A DNA stretch of 36,899 nt, taken from assembly GCA_051941275.1 (NCBI GenBank), contig JAVEBF010000059.1, positions 1 to 36,899 of the forward strand. Reading direction: 5' to 3'. A program made the translations under genes and the position numbers. This DNA comes from Dirinaria sp. TL-2023a. Its lineage: Eukaryota. This document shows positions 36,852-36,899 of this stretch, piece by piece. The first letter of the stretch is position 1. Every line of letters begins with the position of its first letter. The notes under the pieces were generated by a model. That model was not told the origin of the DNA. It saw only the letters and a list, made by a program, of their open reading frames with translations, and searched no databases.

Positions 36852-36899
36852 CTTCTTCTTCTTCTTCTTCTTCTTCTTCTTCTTCTCCTCCTCCTCCTC
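36822..36899. repeat. Compound microsatellite (CTT)21(CTC)5, running off the window end
   Basis: Read directly. Confidence 0.97.

Overview
Eukaryotic DNA from a filamentous ascomycete, probably a Eurotiomycete (inferred from short GT-AG introns with CTRAY branch points and Aspergillus-like proteins). I reconstructed ten intact protein-coding genes by hand, and every spliced model stays in frame: a Frag1/DRAM/Sfk1 membrane protein, an Irc20/SHPRH-like SNF2-RING ligase, sterol 14-alpha-demethylase (cyp51B-type), a Mn-type cation diffusion facilitator, a small Ser/Gly-rich protein, a hybrid histidine kinase, a 1535-aa uncharacterised protein, a Crz1-related C2H2 transcription factor, a SWIM-finger protein and an AlcB-like alcohol dehydrogenase. 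This looks like core genome. I found no transposon, RNA gene, CRISPR array or biosynthetic cluster, and I cannot support a wholly new multi-gene system. The most interesting signals are non-coding: (1) an adjacent SRE plus CGG-N12-CCG module upstream of cyp51, laid out like the A. fumigatus TR34 unit; (2) layered uORFs in front of the C2H2 factor and the histidine kinase; (3) recurrent AGGTA/TACCT patches, some forming perfect inverted repeats, in most intergenic regions. Family assignments come from motif recognition, not database searches.
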